A stretch of 64,000 nucleotides of DNA from an uncultured delta proteobacterium (GCA_963815115.1 CAWFFN010000007.1:768001-832000), one strand, 5' to 3'; positions 51,014 to 62,443 are shown, counted from the first letter of the stretch. The notes: a model not told the origin generated them from the letters alone. Made by a program: numbers and translations.

Positions 51014-51747
51014 CCGACGCCGCCGCCGAGGCTGCCCCGGCGCGGCGCCAGGCCACCGATCGCCGGCTCGAGCCGGCCGCCGACGAGCCGCATCGTACGC
51101 TCCATCGCGGCCGCCAGCCGAGCGTTGTGCGTCGCCACGACGAGGGTGGCGCCGCACTCGGCGTTGAGCTCGAGCAGGAGATCGTGGACGCGCTCTCCGG
51201 TCTCCGGGTCGAGGTTGCCCGTCGGCTCGTCGGCCAGGAGGAGGCGCGGACGGCACATGACGCCGCGAGCCACCGCCACCCGCTGCTGCTCGCCCCCCGA
51301 CAGCTCGCCCGGGCGATGATGCAGGCGCTCCGCCAGCCCGACGCGCGCCAGGAGCGCGGACGCCCGCGCGCGCGCCTCGCGCGGCGCCTCGCGCCCGATC
51401 AGCGCCGGCAGCATGACGTTCTCGAGGGCGGTGAAGTCGCCCAGGAGGTGGTGGAACTGGAAGACGAAGCCCACCTCCCGGTTGCGGAACGCCGCGATCT
51501 CGGCCTCGGAGCGCGAGAAGACCTCCACGCCGTCGATCAGCAGGCGGCCCCCGGTCGGCGCGTCGAGGCAGCCGAGGAGGTGGAGGAGCGTGCTCTTGCC
51601 GACCCCGGACTCCCCGATCACGGCCACCCGCTCGCCGGGGGCGATGTCGAGGTCGAGCCCGCGCAGCACCTCGACCACCGCCGGGCCGTCGACGTAGCGC
51701 TTCTCCAGCCCCCGAGCCTGTACGAGCGGCGTCACCCCGGCGGACAT
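51010..51747 (-). CDS. lolD: lipoprotein-releasing ABC transporter ATPase
   Basis: GESGVGKST, FQFHHLL, LSGGEQQR, DEPTGNLD. Confidence 0.92.
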   Translation of the reverse strand: MSAGVTPLVQARGLEKRYVDGPAVVEVLRGLDLDIAPGERVAVIGESGVGKSTLLHLLGCLDAPTGGRLLIDGVEVFSRSEAEIAAFRNREVGFVFQFHHLLGDFTALENVMLPALIGREAPREARARASALLARVGLAERLHHRPGELSGGEQQRVAVARGVMCRPRLLLADEPTGNLDPETGERVHDLLLELNAECGATLVVATHNARLAAAMERTMRLVGGRLEPAIGGLAPRRGSLGGGVG

Positions 51748-51753
51748 GCGGCG

Positions 51754-53012
51754 CTACTCATATCGGATCACCTCGACGGGAACCAGGCTCGCCGCCCGAT
51801 GAGCCGGGGACAGGGCGGCGATCAGGCAGATGCCCACCGACACCAGCGCGACCACCAGGAAGTTCACCGGATCGATGCGCACCGGCAGGGTCGTCACCAG
51901 GAAGACGTCCTTCGGCAGATCGACGAACTGGTAGCGCGACAGCAGCCAGCAGCCGGCGAGCCCGAGGAGGTTGCCGAGCACGGTGCCGGCAACCCCGATC
52001 ACGGCACCGTTCAGGATGAAGATGCGGCCGATGGCGGAGCTCGAAGCGCCCATGGACTTGAGGATCGCGATGTCGCGGCGTTTCTCCTTCACCACCATGG
52101 TGAGCGACGCCAGGATGTTGAACGCCGCCACGACGACGATGAGCGCCAGGACGATGCCGTACACCACCTTCTCGAGCTTGAGGGCCGAGAAGAGGTTGCG
52201 GTTCGCCTCCATCCAGTCGCGCGCCCGGTAGGGGAAGCCGCCGAGCGAGCTCTCCAGCTCGCGGGCCGTGGCGCGTGCGCCGTAGATGTCGCTGACGCGC
52301 ACCTCGATCGCGCTGACGGTGTCGTTCAGATCGAAGAAGCGCTGGGCGTCGGCGAGCGCCATGTAGGCGAGCGAGGTGTCGTAGTCGAACATGCCCGAGT
52401 CGAACACGCCCACCAGGACGAACCGCTTCATGCGTGGCACCATGCCCGTCGGACCCGGCGTGCCGAGCGGCGAGATGACGTTCAGCACGTCGCCCGGCCC
52501 GACGCCGAGCTGCCGCGCCAGCTCCTGGCCGAGGATGATGCCCGGCAGCTCGACCGTGCCGCCGCCCTCGTCGGGCGGGAGGGTGATCGGCTGCGGGCGG
52601 CCGAGGGCTTCGAGGCTTCCGCTCTTCAGATGTCGCTCGATGTCGATCACGCCGCCGGCTTCCGCCGGATCGATGCCGCGTACGACCACCCCGGACACGC
52701 TCCGTCCGATGCCGAGCATCGCCTGCCCGTAGATGACCGGCGACGCGGCCACCACGCCGGGCTGCTGCCGCACCTTGCCGACGACGTCGCGCCAGTCCTC
52801 GAGGCCGCCGGTGTAGTTCGCCAGCGTGAGGTGGGGATTGAACCCGAGGATCTTCTGGCGCAGCTCGGACTCGAGCCCCGTCATGACGGCCAGCACGATG
52901 AGCAGCGTCGCGACCCCGATGGTGACGCCCGCGAGCGAGAGCGCGGAGATCAGCGACAGGAAGGCCCGCCTCCGCGAGCGGAGGTAGCGCACCCCGACCA
53001 TCAGCTCCCAGC

Positions 53013-53016
<4 letters not shown>
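51754..53016 (-). CDS. lipoprotein-releasing ABC permease LolC/E/F (single copy)
   Basis: GVATLLIVLAVMTG, NLFSALKLEK, IAILKSMG, PVEVIRYE. Confidence 0.92.
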
Positions 53017-54497
<1,481 letters not shown>

Positions 54498-54521
54498 GCC
54501 TACCGGATCGAAAGTCGACGG

Positions 54522-54550
54522 TTTCTACTGGGTCCGACGCAGCCGGTCAA
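54522..54550 (-). promoter_or_regulatory. putative sigma70 promoter of the lysS-lol-bamA-lpx operon
   Basis: TTGACC-N17-TAGAAA. Confidence 0.55.
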
Positions 54551-56880
54551 GGAACGATGGCGCCGCCGCCGTCGAGCACGAAGACCGCCGAGCGCGCGCT
54601 CGCCCCGACCAGGTCCGCGACCACGGCCACGGCGTCCCCCCGGTTGGCGGCAAACGAGCCGAACTCCTCGATCGCGCCGCCGAGAGGCGACGGCGCGCCC
54701 GGTAGCGCGAGGACGTCGGCCGCGAGCGGTCCCGCGTCGGCTGCCGGCACCGCATCCGCCCGCACCCGGTAGAGACCCGGGGGCGCGGTCGAGCCGATCA
54801 GCCGCCCGAGAAACACCGCGTGGCTGCTGCCCATCACCGGCGTCGAGAACCCCCGGAAGCTCCCGCCCCCCGGCGCCGCGTCACCGGTTCCGAGGAGCAG
54901 CCCGGCGGCATGGGGCGACGCGAGGAAGAGTCCCTCCTTGCCGCCCTGATCGAGCGTGGCGCGGAAGCCGACCAGCGTGTCGCTCGCCGTCGGGGGGTCG
55001 AAGGTGTCGAAGCGGCCGCCGAGCCGCCCCGGAGCGCCACTGCCCTGCCGTGCCAGCAGCAGCATGCGCGAGCCGCGGCGCAGGATCAGCCTCGGCTCGT
55101 CCCCGGTCCCCACCTGTGCCACGAACGCCATGCTCCCGCCGCGCAGCACGGCCGGCGTTCCGAAGTTGTCGAACCGTCCACCCCCCGGCGCCGCCTTCTT
55201 CGCCTGCGCGACCGGCCGCGGGCGCCCGCCCCGCTGGAGCAGGAGCGCGCGTGGCGTCTTGCCTCCCTCGAGGGTCGCCTCGAACGCGATCTCGCCGCGC
55301 GGCCCGACGTCGGGACGGGTGAGCGAGTCGATCGTGCTGGCGAAGAAGTCGACCAGCCGGCCCCCGCGCACCTGCTGCGAGCTCTCCGCCGCCATCCGGA
55401 GTCCGCGCGCGCCGCTGGCGACGATCGCGCGGCTCGCCACCTTGCTGCCGGTGACCTCGACGCCGAAGGCGACGACCCCGGGGGCGTCCCCCGCGGGCGG
55501 ATCGAAACCGGCGAACGTGCCGCCGAGACCCGTGGGGGCGGCGCCGCCGACGAACGCGAGCATGTCGAGCGAGCCGTCGCGGCTCGCGACGAAGATGCCT
55601 TCGCGAGTACCCGCGAAGACGGCGGCGTCCGCCGACTCACGCACACTCGGCTGGCTGAAGCGGAACCGCTCGTCGCCCGTGTCGATGTCGCTCGCCTGGC
55701 CCACCTTGGCCAGGGTCGAGAACGCCCCCCGCCGTTGCACGATGAGGAGCGGACCGCTTCCGGTGACGGACGCCGGAATCACCAGGCTGTCGTCGTCGGC
55801 GATCACCGGATCGCGCAGGCGCACGAGCGACCCAACGGCGGTCTGATCCTTCGCCGAGACGATTCGCTGCAACGAGCCACCGGGGCTCGCGACGAAGATC
55901 GCGGATCCGCCCTCCCCGCCGCTGAGCGTGGCGCGGAACGCGACCGTGCCGCCGGCGTTGATCGACGGCGTGAGCGACGACGGCAGCGAGCGGATCGTGA
56001 CCGTCGGACCCTCGACGCTGGCGCCTTCGAGGACGACCGCCTGCACCAGCGGGACCGCTCCGGAGGTATCGACGCGAAAGACTCCCGCCGTGCCGTCCTC
56101 GCTCAGGTCGCCGCGGAACGCGAACGTGCCGCCGTCGTTCATGGACGCGCCGGTGACGCTGCGGAAGGTGCTGCCAACCGGACTCGCCTCCCCGGTCTCG
56201 ACCACGCGCTGCAGCCCGCCGGGCCCCGAGACGAAGAGGCCGTCCCGGCCGCTCGCCACGGTGCCGCGGAAACCGACGCGCCCGTCCGTCGCCACCCCGA
56301 TGAGCCGCAGCCCGGTGAAGATGCCGCCCGAGGGCGCCGCCGATCCGGTACGGACCGCATCGGTCAGGACGCCGTTGGTTCCCACGAAGAGACCGGTGGC
56401 GCCGTCGTCGAGCACGGCCGTGAAGGCGACCTGTCCCTTGCTGCCGGAGGCGACCCCGGCGATGAACTCGGCGAAGGTTCCGCCGCCCGGCGCCGGTTCA
56501 CCGGTGGCGGCGACGACGCCGGTCGTGCTGCCGCAGCGCTGGAGAATCCGGCTGCCCCCATCGACCAGGAACGCCCGCACCGCCGTGCAGCCGCCCGGGC
56601 CGAGGGCGGGTGGGCTCACCCCCGCGACCACGCGGCCGTCCGCCAGTACGTCGCCGGCGGCGACCACGTGCGCGATGATGTTCCCGTCGCGACGGAACGC
56701 ACCGCTGGAGCTGCCGAGGAACGAGACGCTCCCGTCGGCCATGAGCGCGAGGCTGGCGAAGCTGGAGAACGGCAGGCCCAGGGGCGATTGGCGGCCCGTC
56801 ACCACCACCGGCGTCGAGGCTGCGTGCACCCCCGCCGCCAGCAGGAGCGCAAGCATGGATATGAGCCGCCACCCAGGCAC
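54547..56880 (-). CDS. large secreted NxxGxxAF-repeat (probable beta-propeller) protein
   Basis: Signal peptide LALLLAAGVHA; ~55-aa repeats (TGxxAPGGGxF...NxxGxVAF.A...GxF). Confidence 0.75.
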   Translation of the reverse strand: MPGWRLISMLALLLAAGVHAASTPVVVTGRQSPLGLPFSSFASLALMADGSVSFLGSSSGAFRRDGNIIAHVVAAGDVLADGRVVAGVSPPALGPGGCTAVRAFLVDGGSRILQRCGSTTGVVAATGEPAPGGGTFAEFIAGVASGSKGQVAFTAVLDDGATGLFVGTNGVLTDAVRTGSAAPSGGIFTGLRLIGVATDGRVGFRGTVASGRDGLFVSGPGGLQRVVETGEASPVGSTFRSVTGASMNDGGTFAFRGDLSEDGTAGVFRVDTSGAVPLVQAVVLEGASVEGPTVTIRSLPSSLTPSINAGGTVAFRATLSGGEGGSAIFVASPGGSLQRIVSAKDQTAVGSLVRLRDPVIADDDSLVIPASVTGSGPLLIVQRRGAFSTLAKVGQASDIDTGDERFRFSQPSVRESADAAVFAGTREGIFVASRDGSLDMLAFVGGAAPTGLGGTFAGFDPPAGDAPGVVAFGVEVTGSKVASRAIVASGARGLRMAAESSQQVRGGRLVDFFASTIDSLTRPDVGPRGEIAFEATLEGGKTPRALLLQRGGRPRPVAQAKKAAPGGGRFDNFGTPAVLRGGSMAFVAQVGTGDEPRLILRRGSRMLLLARQGSGAPGRLGGRFDTFDPPTASDTLVGFRATLDQGGKEGLFLASPHAAGLLLGTGDAAPGGGSFRGFSTPVMGSSHAVFLGRLIGSTAPPGLYRVRADAVPAADAGPLAADVLALPGAPSPLGGAIEEFGSFAANRGDAVAVVADLVGASARSAVFVLDGGGAIVP

Positions 56881-56970
56881 GATCCGGACCTTACGGGGCA
56901 ATTCCGATGCCAGCAAATCTCGCCGGATCCAGCGCGAACTCACCGGCGCCCGGAGGCCGCGGTGCGGCGA

Positions 56971-56988
56971 TCGTGCAGAGGTGCACGA
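56971..56988. terminator. hairpin just downstream of plsB
   Basis: TCGTGCA-GAGG-TGCACGA; no U-tract. Confidence 0.3.
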
Positions 56989-56998
56989 CCGACCACCC

Positions 56999-59491
56999 TC
57001 AGGAACGAAGCTGGCGAACAAGCTCCGGAAGCCGGTCGAAGGCCGGCCCGCGTTCGACCCGAACCTCGCGGCTGCCCCGGCGATGCGTGATCGACACGTG
57101 GCCGAGCTCGATCAGCCGAGAGAGGGCGTTGCCGAACGTCACCACCGAGCTTCCCTCGGGCTTGCGTGCCTCCCCCAGGAGCAGGCTGGTGGCGAACTCT
57201 CCTCGCATGCGCTGGACGAGCTCGGGCTGCTTGATCGGCCACTCGTGCAGCGCCGTCAGCGTTCGCGCGGCGACGAGGTAGGCCTCGCGGAAATTCTCGA
57301 GGATGCCGGCGGTGGCGAGCACGACGATGTGATCGGGCCGCACGACCTCGCCGTCCAGCGCCCCCGTCTCGCGGTAGTAGGCCAGCCAGCGGGTGAGCTC
57401 GGCGGCCAGCGCCTCGCGCTCGGGGAGCGGGAATTCCCAGCGGTAGAGGTCGAGCCACCAGCGCACGTGTTCGTGCAGGGCGCCCAGCGGGACGCCGGTG
57501 AGGAGCGCTCGCGTCAGCAGCGCGGGCACGAGGAAGAAGTGCAGGGTGTTGTTCTTGTAGAAGTCGAGGTTGGTGCGCTTCGCGGTGGGGGCGTGGAGCA
57601 CCACGCCGTCGCCGTCGACGACGCGCTCGACCAGCCCGCCGCTCTCGAGCCAGGCGAGCCCCTCGGTGAAATCGGAGCCCTCGTTGCGCACCAGCGACGC
57701 CGTGAGGTTCGCGCCCTGCACGCGTAGCAGGGCCAGCAGCGCGTGCGACGCCTTGCGGAAGTCCTCCAGCCGGCACGCCCGTTGCGGCGCCCCGAGGAGC
57801 GCGGTGGCGCTGACGGAGGTCGCCCCGGCGACGGCCGCCGCGTTGACCTCGCGCAGGATGCGGAACCCGAGGCGCTGCACGAACCGCCGCTTCTCCTCCT
57901 CGATGGCTGGCTGCCCGCCCCCCTCGTGGAAGCGCTCCCGCCGGCCGTCGAGCGCATGCTCGAGGGAGATCGGCGTCCCGTAGCTCACGTACGCCATGCC
58001 GAAGCGCTTCGACAGGATGCTGCGCGCACGCAGGAGCGCGCCCAACGACTCGCGCTCCTTGGCCTCGCCCGAGACCTCGCGAGTGTAGGTCTCCTCCTCG
58101 GGGATGCGACCGTAGTGGATCGACACCGGGACCAAGTAGAGATCGCGGCGCACGCCCTGGCAGAAGGCGTTCAGGATCGCCGCCAGCATGCCGAGCTTGG
58201 GCGTGAGCATCTTGCCGGTGCGCGCGCGGCCGCCTTCGATGAAGAACTCCTGCGTGTAGCCCTCGCGGATCAGGAAGGTGAGGTACTTCTTGAAGACCAT
58301 CTTGTAGAGCTCGTTGTCGTCGAACGACCGGCGGATGAAGAACGCCCCGGCGCCACGGAAGAGCGGGCCCATCGGCCAGAAGCTCAGGTTGATGCCCGCG
58401 GCGATGTGGGGCGGCGACAGGTAGTTGATGTGGAAGATGTAGGTGAGGAACAGGTAGTCGAAGTGGCTCCTGTGGCATGGCACGAGCACGATGGGATGCT
58501 CGCGCATGCGCTCGACGACGCCCTCGAGCCCGAGGGTCTGGAGTCCCGAGAAGATGCGCGGGAAGACGCGGTTGAAGACGAACGCGATGATGCCGAAGTA
58601 GAGCCCGTTGAAGTGCGCGGCCATCTCGTCGACGTAGCCGCGCGCCTCCTGCACCACCTTGCGCCGCGGCACGCCGCGCTCCGCCGCCAGCCGCCGCGTC
58701 AGCTTCGCCAGCTCGGGATCGCGCAGCACCATCTCGCGCACCACCCGGCGCGGCAGCAGGGTCGGCCCGAGGACCACGCGCTCCTCGCGATAGAGGAAGA
58801 TCTGGAGCATGCGCGCGAGCCGCCGCGCCATGCGCTCCTCACCCTCGCGGCGGTGCTCCTCGACGAAACGGTGCAGGCCGATCTCCTTGCCGAGCGTGAG
58901 CTGCGTCTGGCCCGCGTTCCAGAGATAGGTGAACAGCCGCTTGGCCTCGCCCGGCGCCTCCTGCACGCTGTAGAGCAAGGTCGCGAAGCGGGACTCGCGC
59001 TTGTGAAAGCCCGTCCCGGGGAAGAGGGCGATGGGCACGAGGAAGGCCGGGCGCGGTGCCGCGGCCGCCGCACGCACCACCTCGCGGAGGAACTGCGGTC
59101 CGAGGCGCGCCGCGGCCAGCGCGCGGCGGCGCCGGCCCGCGACCACGCGGCTGCGCATGAAGATCAGGACCGGCTCGCCCGCCTCCACCAGCCGCGCGCA
59201 GCGCTCGACCGCGGGTGCCCCGCGACCGAGGTACCAGCGCACGATGTCCGCGAGCCGCCGCCACCAGATCGTGGACACGCCCGGAGCGAAGCGGGCGAGC
59301 GGCAGTCCCTCGCGCCGGAGGACCGCGTTCACCAGGAGATAGTCGACCGCCGAGCGGTAGCGCATGACGTAGATCACGCTGCCCTGGCTGGCGAGCTGAC
59401 GGACGCGCTCGACGAGCTCGGGGCGCACGCGCACGCGTGCGAACACCAGACGGACGAGCAACCCGACGAGGGCGCCGAAACGCTCCAGCAT
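56999..59491 (-). CDS. plsB: glycerol-3-phosphate acyltransferase
   Basis: HRSHFD (HX4D), AAGINL, GAFFIRR, FIEGGRARTGK. Confidence 0.9.
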   Translation of the reverse strand: MLERFGALVGLLVRLVFARVRVRPELVERVRQLASQGSVIYVMRYRSAVDYLLVNAVLRREGLPLARFAPGVSTIWWRRLADIVRWYLGRGAPAVERCARLVEAGEPVLIFMRSRVVAGRRRRALAAARLGPQFLREVVRAAAAAPRPAFLVPIALFPGTGFHKRESRFATLLYSVQEAPGEAKRLFTYLWNAGQTQLTLGKEIGLHRFVEEHRREGEERMARRLARMLQIFLYREERVVLGPTLLPRRVVREMVLRDPELAKLTRRLAAERGVPRRKVVQEARGYVDEMAAHFNGLYFGIIAFVFNRVFPRIFSGLQTLGLEGVVERMREHPIVLVPCHRSHFDYLFLTYIFHINYLSPPHIAAGINLSFWPMGPLFRGAGAFFIRRSFDDNELYKMVFKKYLTFLIREGYTQEFFIEGGRARTGKMLTPKLGMLAAILNAFCQGVRRDLYLVPVSIHYGRIPEEETYTREVSGEAKERESLGALLRARSILSKRFGMAYVSYGTPISLEHALDGRRERFHEGGGQPAIEEEKRRFVQRLGFRILREVNAAAVAGATSVSATALLGAPQRACRLEDFRKASHALLALLRVQGANLTASLVRNEGSDFTEGLAWLESGGLVERVVDGDGVVLHAPTAKRTNLDFYKNNTLHFFLVPALLTRALLTGVPLGALHEHVRWWLDLYRWEFPLPEREALAAELTRWLAYYRETGALDGEVVRPDHIVVLATAGILENFREAYLVAARTLTALHEWPIKQPELVQRMRGEFATSLLLGEARKPEGSSVVTFGNALSRLIELGHVSITHRRGSREVRVERGPAFDRLPELVRQLRS

Positions 59492-59660
59492 GGCAGAGCG
59501 CGCCGGCACGTGACGCGAGGACGCGTCGGGCAGCGCCCGTTCGGGGATGCCTGCGGCAGGGCTCGCCAGAGAGTCCGGTTTAGGCGCGGCCCCCGTCAAA
59601 AGCAAGGCGCAGCGAGCGCTTGTTGTTGACAGCACGCGCGCGGCGCGCGTTCCTGGTTGC

Positions 59661-60545
59661 ATGCCGAGCGCGAGTGCCGCCGACGACGAGCGGGTGGTCG
59701 ACGAGCCCGCTCGTCTCGACGCCTTCGTACGGCGCGTCTACCCCGCGCTGTCGCGGCGCGTCGCACATCGATTGATCGATGACGGACTCGTGCGGGTGAA
59801 TGGCCGCGTCGCTGCGAAGGGGACGCGGCTGGTCGCGGGCGACCGCGTGGTGCTGCCGGCGGTGCGGCTCGAGCCGGAGCCGGATCTGCCGGTCGTCATC
59901 CTGTACGTCGACGCGCGGCTGATCGTCGTCGACAAGCCCGGCGGCATGCCGGCCCACGCCCTCGACCCGCGGCAGCGCGGCACGGTGGCGGCGTTCCTGG
60001 CAGGGCGCTTCCCCGAGACCGCCGGACTCGGGGACGCGCTGACGAGCGGCCTCGTCCATCGTCTCGACACGGGAACCTCCGGCCTCCTCCTCGCAGCCCG
60101 GACGCCCGAGGCCCACGCGACGCTACGCGCGGCTTTCCGCGCCGGCGCGGTGGCGAAGCGCTACCTCGCGCTGGTGGCGGGTACCCCGCCTTTGCATGCC
60201 GCCATCGAGCGCGCACTCGCGCACGACCCGGGGGACCGCCGTCGCATGATCGCCGCCCTGCCCGGCCAGCGTGCCTGGCCGGCACGCACCGAGATCACCA
60301 CGCTCCGTTCGAGCGGCGGCCGGGCGCTTCTCGAGGCGACCCTGCACTCCGGCGTCACCCACCAGGTACGGGTCCATCTCGCCCTGCTCGGCTGTCCCGT
60401 GCTGGGCGACGCGCTCTACGGCGGCCCGGACGCCGGCCTCTCGCCTGGCCGCCACGCGCTTCACGCATCCAGCGTGGCGCTCGCCGGCCTGCCTCGTCTC
60501 GACAGCGACCTGCCGCCCGATCTCGCCGCGCTCCTCCCGAGCTGA
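59661..60545 (+). CDS. RluA/RluD family pseudouridine synthase with S4 domain
   Basis: RLD-type S4 domain, VDKPGG, HRLDTGTSG, THQVRVH, GDALY. Confidence 0.92.
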   Translation: MPSASAADDERVVDEPARLDAFVRRVYPALSRRVAHRLIDDGLVRVNGRVAAKGTRLVAGDRVVLPAVRLEPEPDLPVVILYVDARLIVVDKPGGMPAHALDPRQRGTVAAFLAGRFPETAGLGDALTSGLVHRLDTGTSGLLLAARTPEAHATLRAAFRAGAVAKRYLALVAGTPPLHAAIERALAHDPGDRRRMIAALPGQRAWPARTEITTLRSSGGRALLEATLHSGVTHQVRVHLALLGCPVLGDALYGGPDAGLSPGRHALHASSVALAGLPRLDSDLPPDLAALLPS

Positions 60546-60568
60546 GCTCGTGCCGAGCTGAGCTCGTG
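60537..60568. repeat. perfect 16-bp tandem duplication spanning the rluA stop
   Basis: CCGAGCTGAGCTCGTG x2 (60537-60552, 60553-60568). Confidence 0.85.
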
Positions 60569-60622
60569 GCGCGCGCCGCCTGCTGGCCCGCGCAGCCAGG
60601 TGCCGCGCGGGGGCGCTCCCGA

Positions 60623-61000
60623 TCAGGCCGCCGCGGCCTTTCCCTTGCCGCCCCGCGGCTCCTTCGCGGTGCTGCACGGGGTGCAGAGGTTGTTCACGTT
60701 GTTCGGGTCCTCGACCAGGCCGTCGTCGATGTTGTGGCAGACCTTCTTGCACGAGGCGCAGATGAAATAGACGCCCTCGATGGTCTTGTTGATGCGCTCG
60801 CGGTTCAAGATCCGCCCCTTCAGCTTCTCGATGCGGATGCCGAGGAGCTCCTCGTACTGCCGCTTGATCTTGCGCCGCCCGGCCTCGTCCTTGGGAAGCT
60901 CTTCCTCGGTCTCGTCGACCGCGGGCTCTTCGTCGTCGAGCGGACCGTACGCCTTCGCTTTCGACCCGGCGCCCTTGTCGCTCTTGCGCGCGCGTGCCAT
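60623..61000 (-). CDS. hypothetical 125-aa protein with a C4 Zn finger, weakly DksA/TraR-like
   Basis: GGAGG RBS; acidic stretch, helical segment, YFICASC...LCTPC; strong GC3 codon bias. Confidence 0.75.
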   Translation of the reverse strand: MARARKSDKGAGSKAKAYGPLDDEEPAVDETEEELPKDEAGRRKIKRQYEELLGIRIEKLKGRILNRERINKTIEGVYFICASCKKVCHNIDDGLVEDPNNVNNLCTPCSTAKEPRGGKGKAAAA

Positions 61001-61017
61001 GCGAGCTCGAAACCTCC

Positions 61018-61188
61018 TCAACGGGTGCGGCGGGTGTAGCCGCAGTTCTTGTCGCACACCCAGAAGAACCCACGGGGTCCGGCGCCGGCGTACTGGACGA
61101 CCCGCGTCTCGGCCCCACACGACGGGCAGAGCACCTTCCTCGTCCCCTCCCCGCTCTTCTCTGCCGTCTTCGCCTTCTTCTCGGCCAT
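61018..61188 (-). CDS. 56-aa Zn-ribbon microprotein (not in the ORF track)
   Basis: MAEKKAKTAEKSGEGTRKVLCPSCGAETRVVQYAGAGPRGFFWVCDKNCGYTRRTR; its stop overlaps the RBS of the next gene. Confidence 0.75.
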   Translation of the reverse strand: MAEKKAKTAEKSGEGTRKVLCPSCGAETRVVQYAGAGPRGFFWVCDKNCGYTRRTR

Positions 61189-61220
61189 CGTCACCGTGCC
61201 CGGTCAGGGGCGAACGTCCT

Positions 61221-61249
61221 TGTATACGAGCGCCTCTTCGGGGTGTCAA
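61221..61249 (-). promoter_or_regulatory. consensus-like sigma70 promoter of the two Zn-finger genes
   Basis: TTGACA-N17-TATACA. Confidence 0.7.
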
Positions 61250-61304
61250 GGCACACGCCTCTGCTTGAGCGGGTCCAGGGGCCGTGCTAACGCCGACGCC
61301 ATCC

Positions 61305-61505
61305 ATGCGCGTGCACCTGCATCCGCAGGGGCGCACCGTCGAGATCACGGGACGGCGGCCGGTCGGACGCCTGCTGGCCGAGCTCGGCGTGCTGCCCGGA
61401 ACCGCCATGGTGATCCGCGGCGACGTCCTGCTCCTCGACGGCGAGATGCTGGAAGACGGGGACGACGTCGAGGTCCGCGCCGTCATCTCGGGAGGCGCCG
61501 CGTGA
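61305..61505 (+). CDS. ttuB: ubiquitin-like sulfur carrier (TtuB/ThiS/MoaD family)
   Basis: 66 aa ending DDVEVRAVISGG-AA; GTGA overlap with ttuA. Confidence 0.82.
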   Translation: MRVHLHPQGRTVEITGRRPVGRLLAELGVLPGTAMVIRGDVLLLDGEMLEDGDDVEVRAVISGGAA

Positions 61506-62443
61506 AGTGCACGCGGTGCCGCGCGAAGGCGGAGGTCCACCTCCGTGCGCACAACGCGGGCTTCTGCCGTCCCTGCTACCTCGGCTTCTTTCGCCGTCAC
61601 GTGGAGCGCGCCATCGCCGCTGAACGCATGTGCACCACCGACGAGCGCGTGCTCGTCGCCGTTTCCGGCGGGAAGGACAGTCTCGCGCTGTGGGACGTCC
61701 TCATCGAGCTCGGCCACCGCACCACGGGTCTGTACGTCGCCCAGGGCATCGGGGGCTATTCCACGCGCTCCCAGGAGAAGGTCGAGGGCTTCGCGCGCCA
61801 GCGCGGGCTCGAGCTGCGGATCGTCGATCTCGACGACGAGGGTCCCGGTCTCGCCGTGCCCGACGTCGCCGCGAGCACGCGGCGCTCCCCCTGCTCTGCG
61901 TGCGGAACGCTCAAGCGGCACGTCTTCGATGAAGCGGCCGTGGCGGGCGGGTTCGACGTCCTCGCCACGGGCCACAATCTCGACGACGAGGCCGCTCGCC
62001 TGCTGGGAAACGTCCTGCGCTGGCAGGTCGATCACCTCGCCCGCCAGCGCCCGGTGCTGCCGCCCACCCATCCGAAGTTCGTGCGCAAGGTGAAGCCGCT
62101 ATTCCTGCTCGGCGAGTACGAGACGGCGGTCTACGCGTTCATGCGCGGGATCGACTACGTCGTCGAGGAGTGCCCGAACAGCGTCGGGGCGACGCAGCTG
62201 GTGTACAAGGATGCGCTCAACCGTCTCGAAGCCGCCAGTCCGGGCACCAAGCTGTCCTTCGTCCGCGAGTTCCTGCGCGGAGGACAGGCGGCCTTCGCAG
62301 CACGCGCTGCCGAGCAGGAGGGTCCACCCAACGACTGCGCCCGTTGCGGGATGCCCGCATGGGGCGAGGTGTGCAGCTTCTGCCGGCTGGTGGCGGAGGT
62401 CGAGCGCAAGCGAGCGCGCCGCGTCGGCGGGCCGGCGGCGTGA
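61502..62443 (+). CDS. ttuA: tRNA 2-thiouridine synthetase, TtuA/Ncs6 type
   Basis: N-terminal CxxC/CxxC, PP-loop SGGKDS, CSAC plus ECP (Fe-S ligands), GHNLDDE, C-terminal CARC/CSFC. Confidence 0.88.
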   Translation: MKCTRCRAKAEVHLRAHNAGFCRPCYLGFFRRHVERAIAAERMCTTDERVLVAVSGGKDSLALWDVLIELGHRTTGLYVAQGIGGYSTRSQEKVEGFARQRGLELRIVDLDDEGPGLAVPDVAASTRRSPCSACGTLKRHVFDEAAVAGGFDVLATGHNLDDEAARLLGNVLRWQVDHLARQRPVLPPTHPKFVRKVKPLFLLGEYETAVYAFMRGIDYVVEECPNSVGATQLVYKDALNRLEAASPGTKLSFVREFLRGGQAAFAARAAEQEGPPNDCARCGMPAWGEVCSFCRLVAEVERKRARRVGGPAA

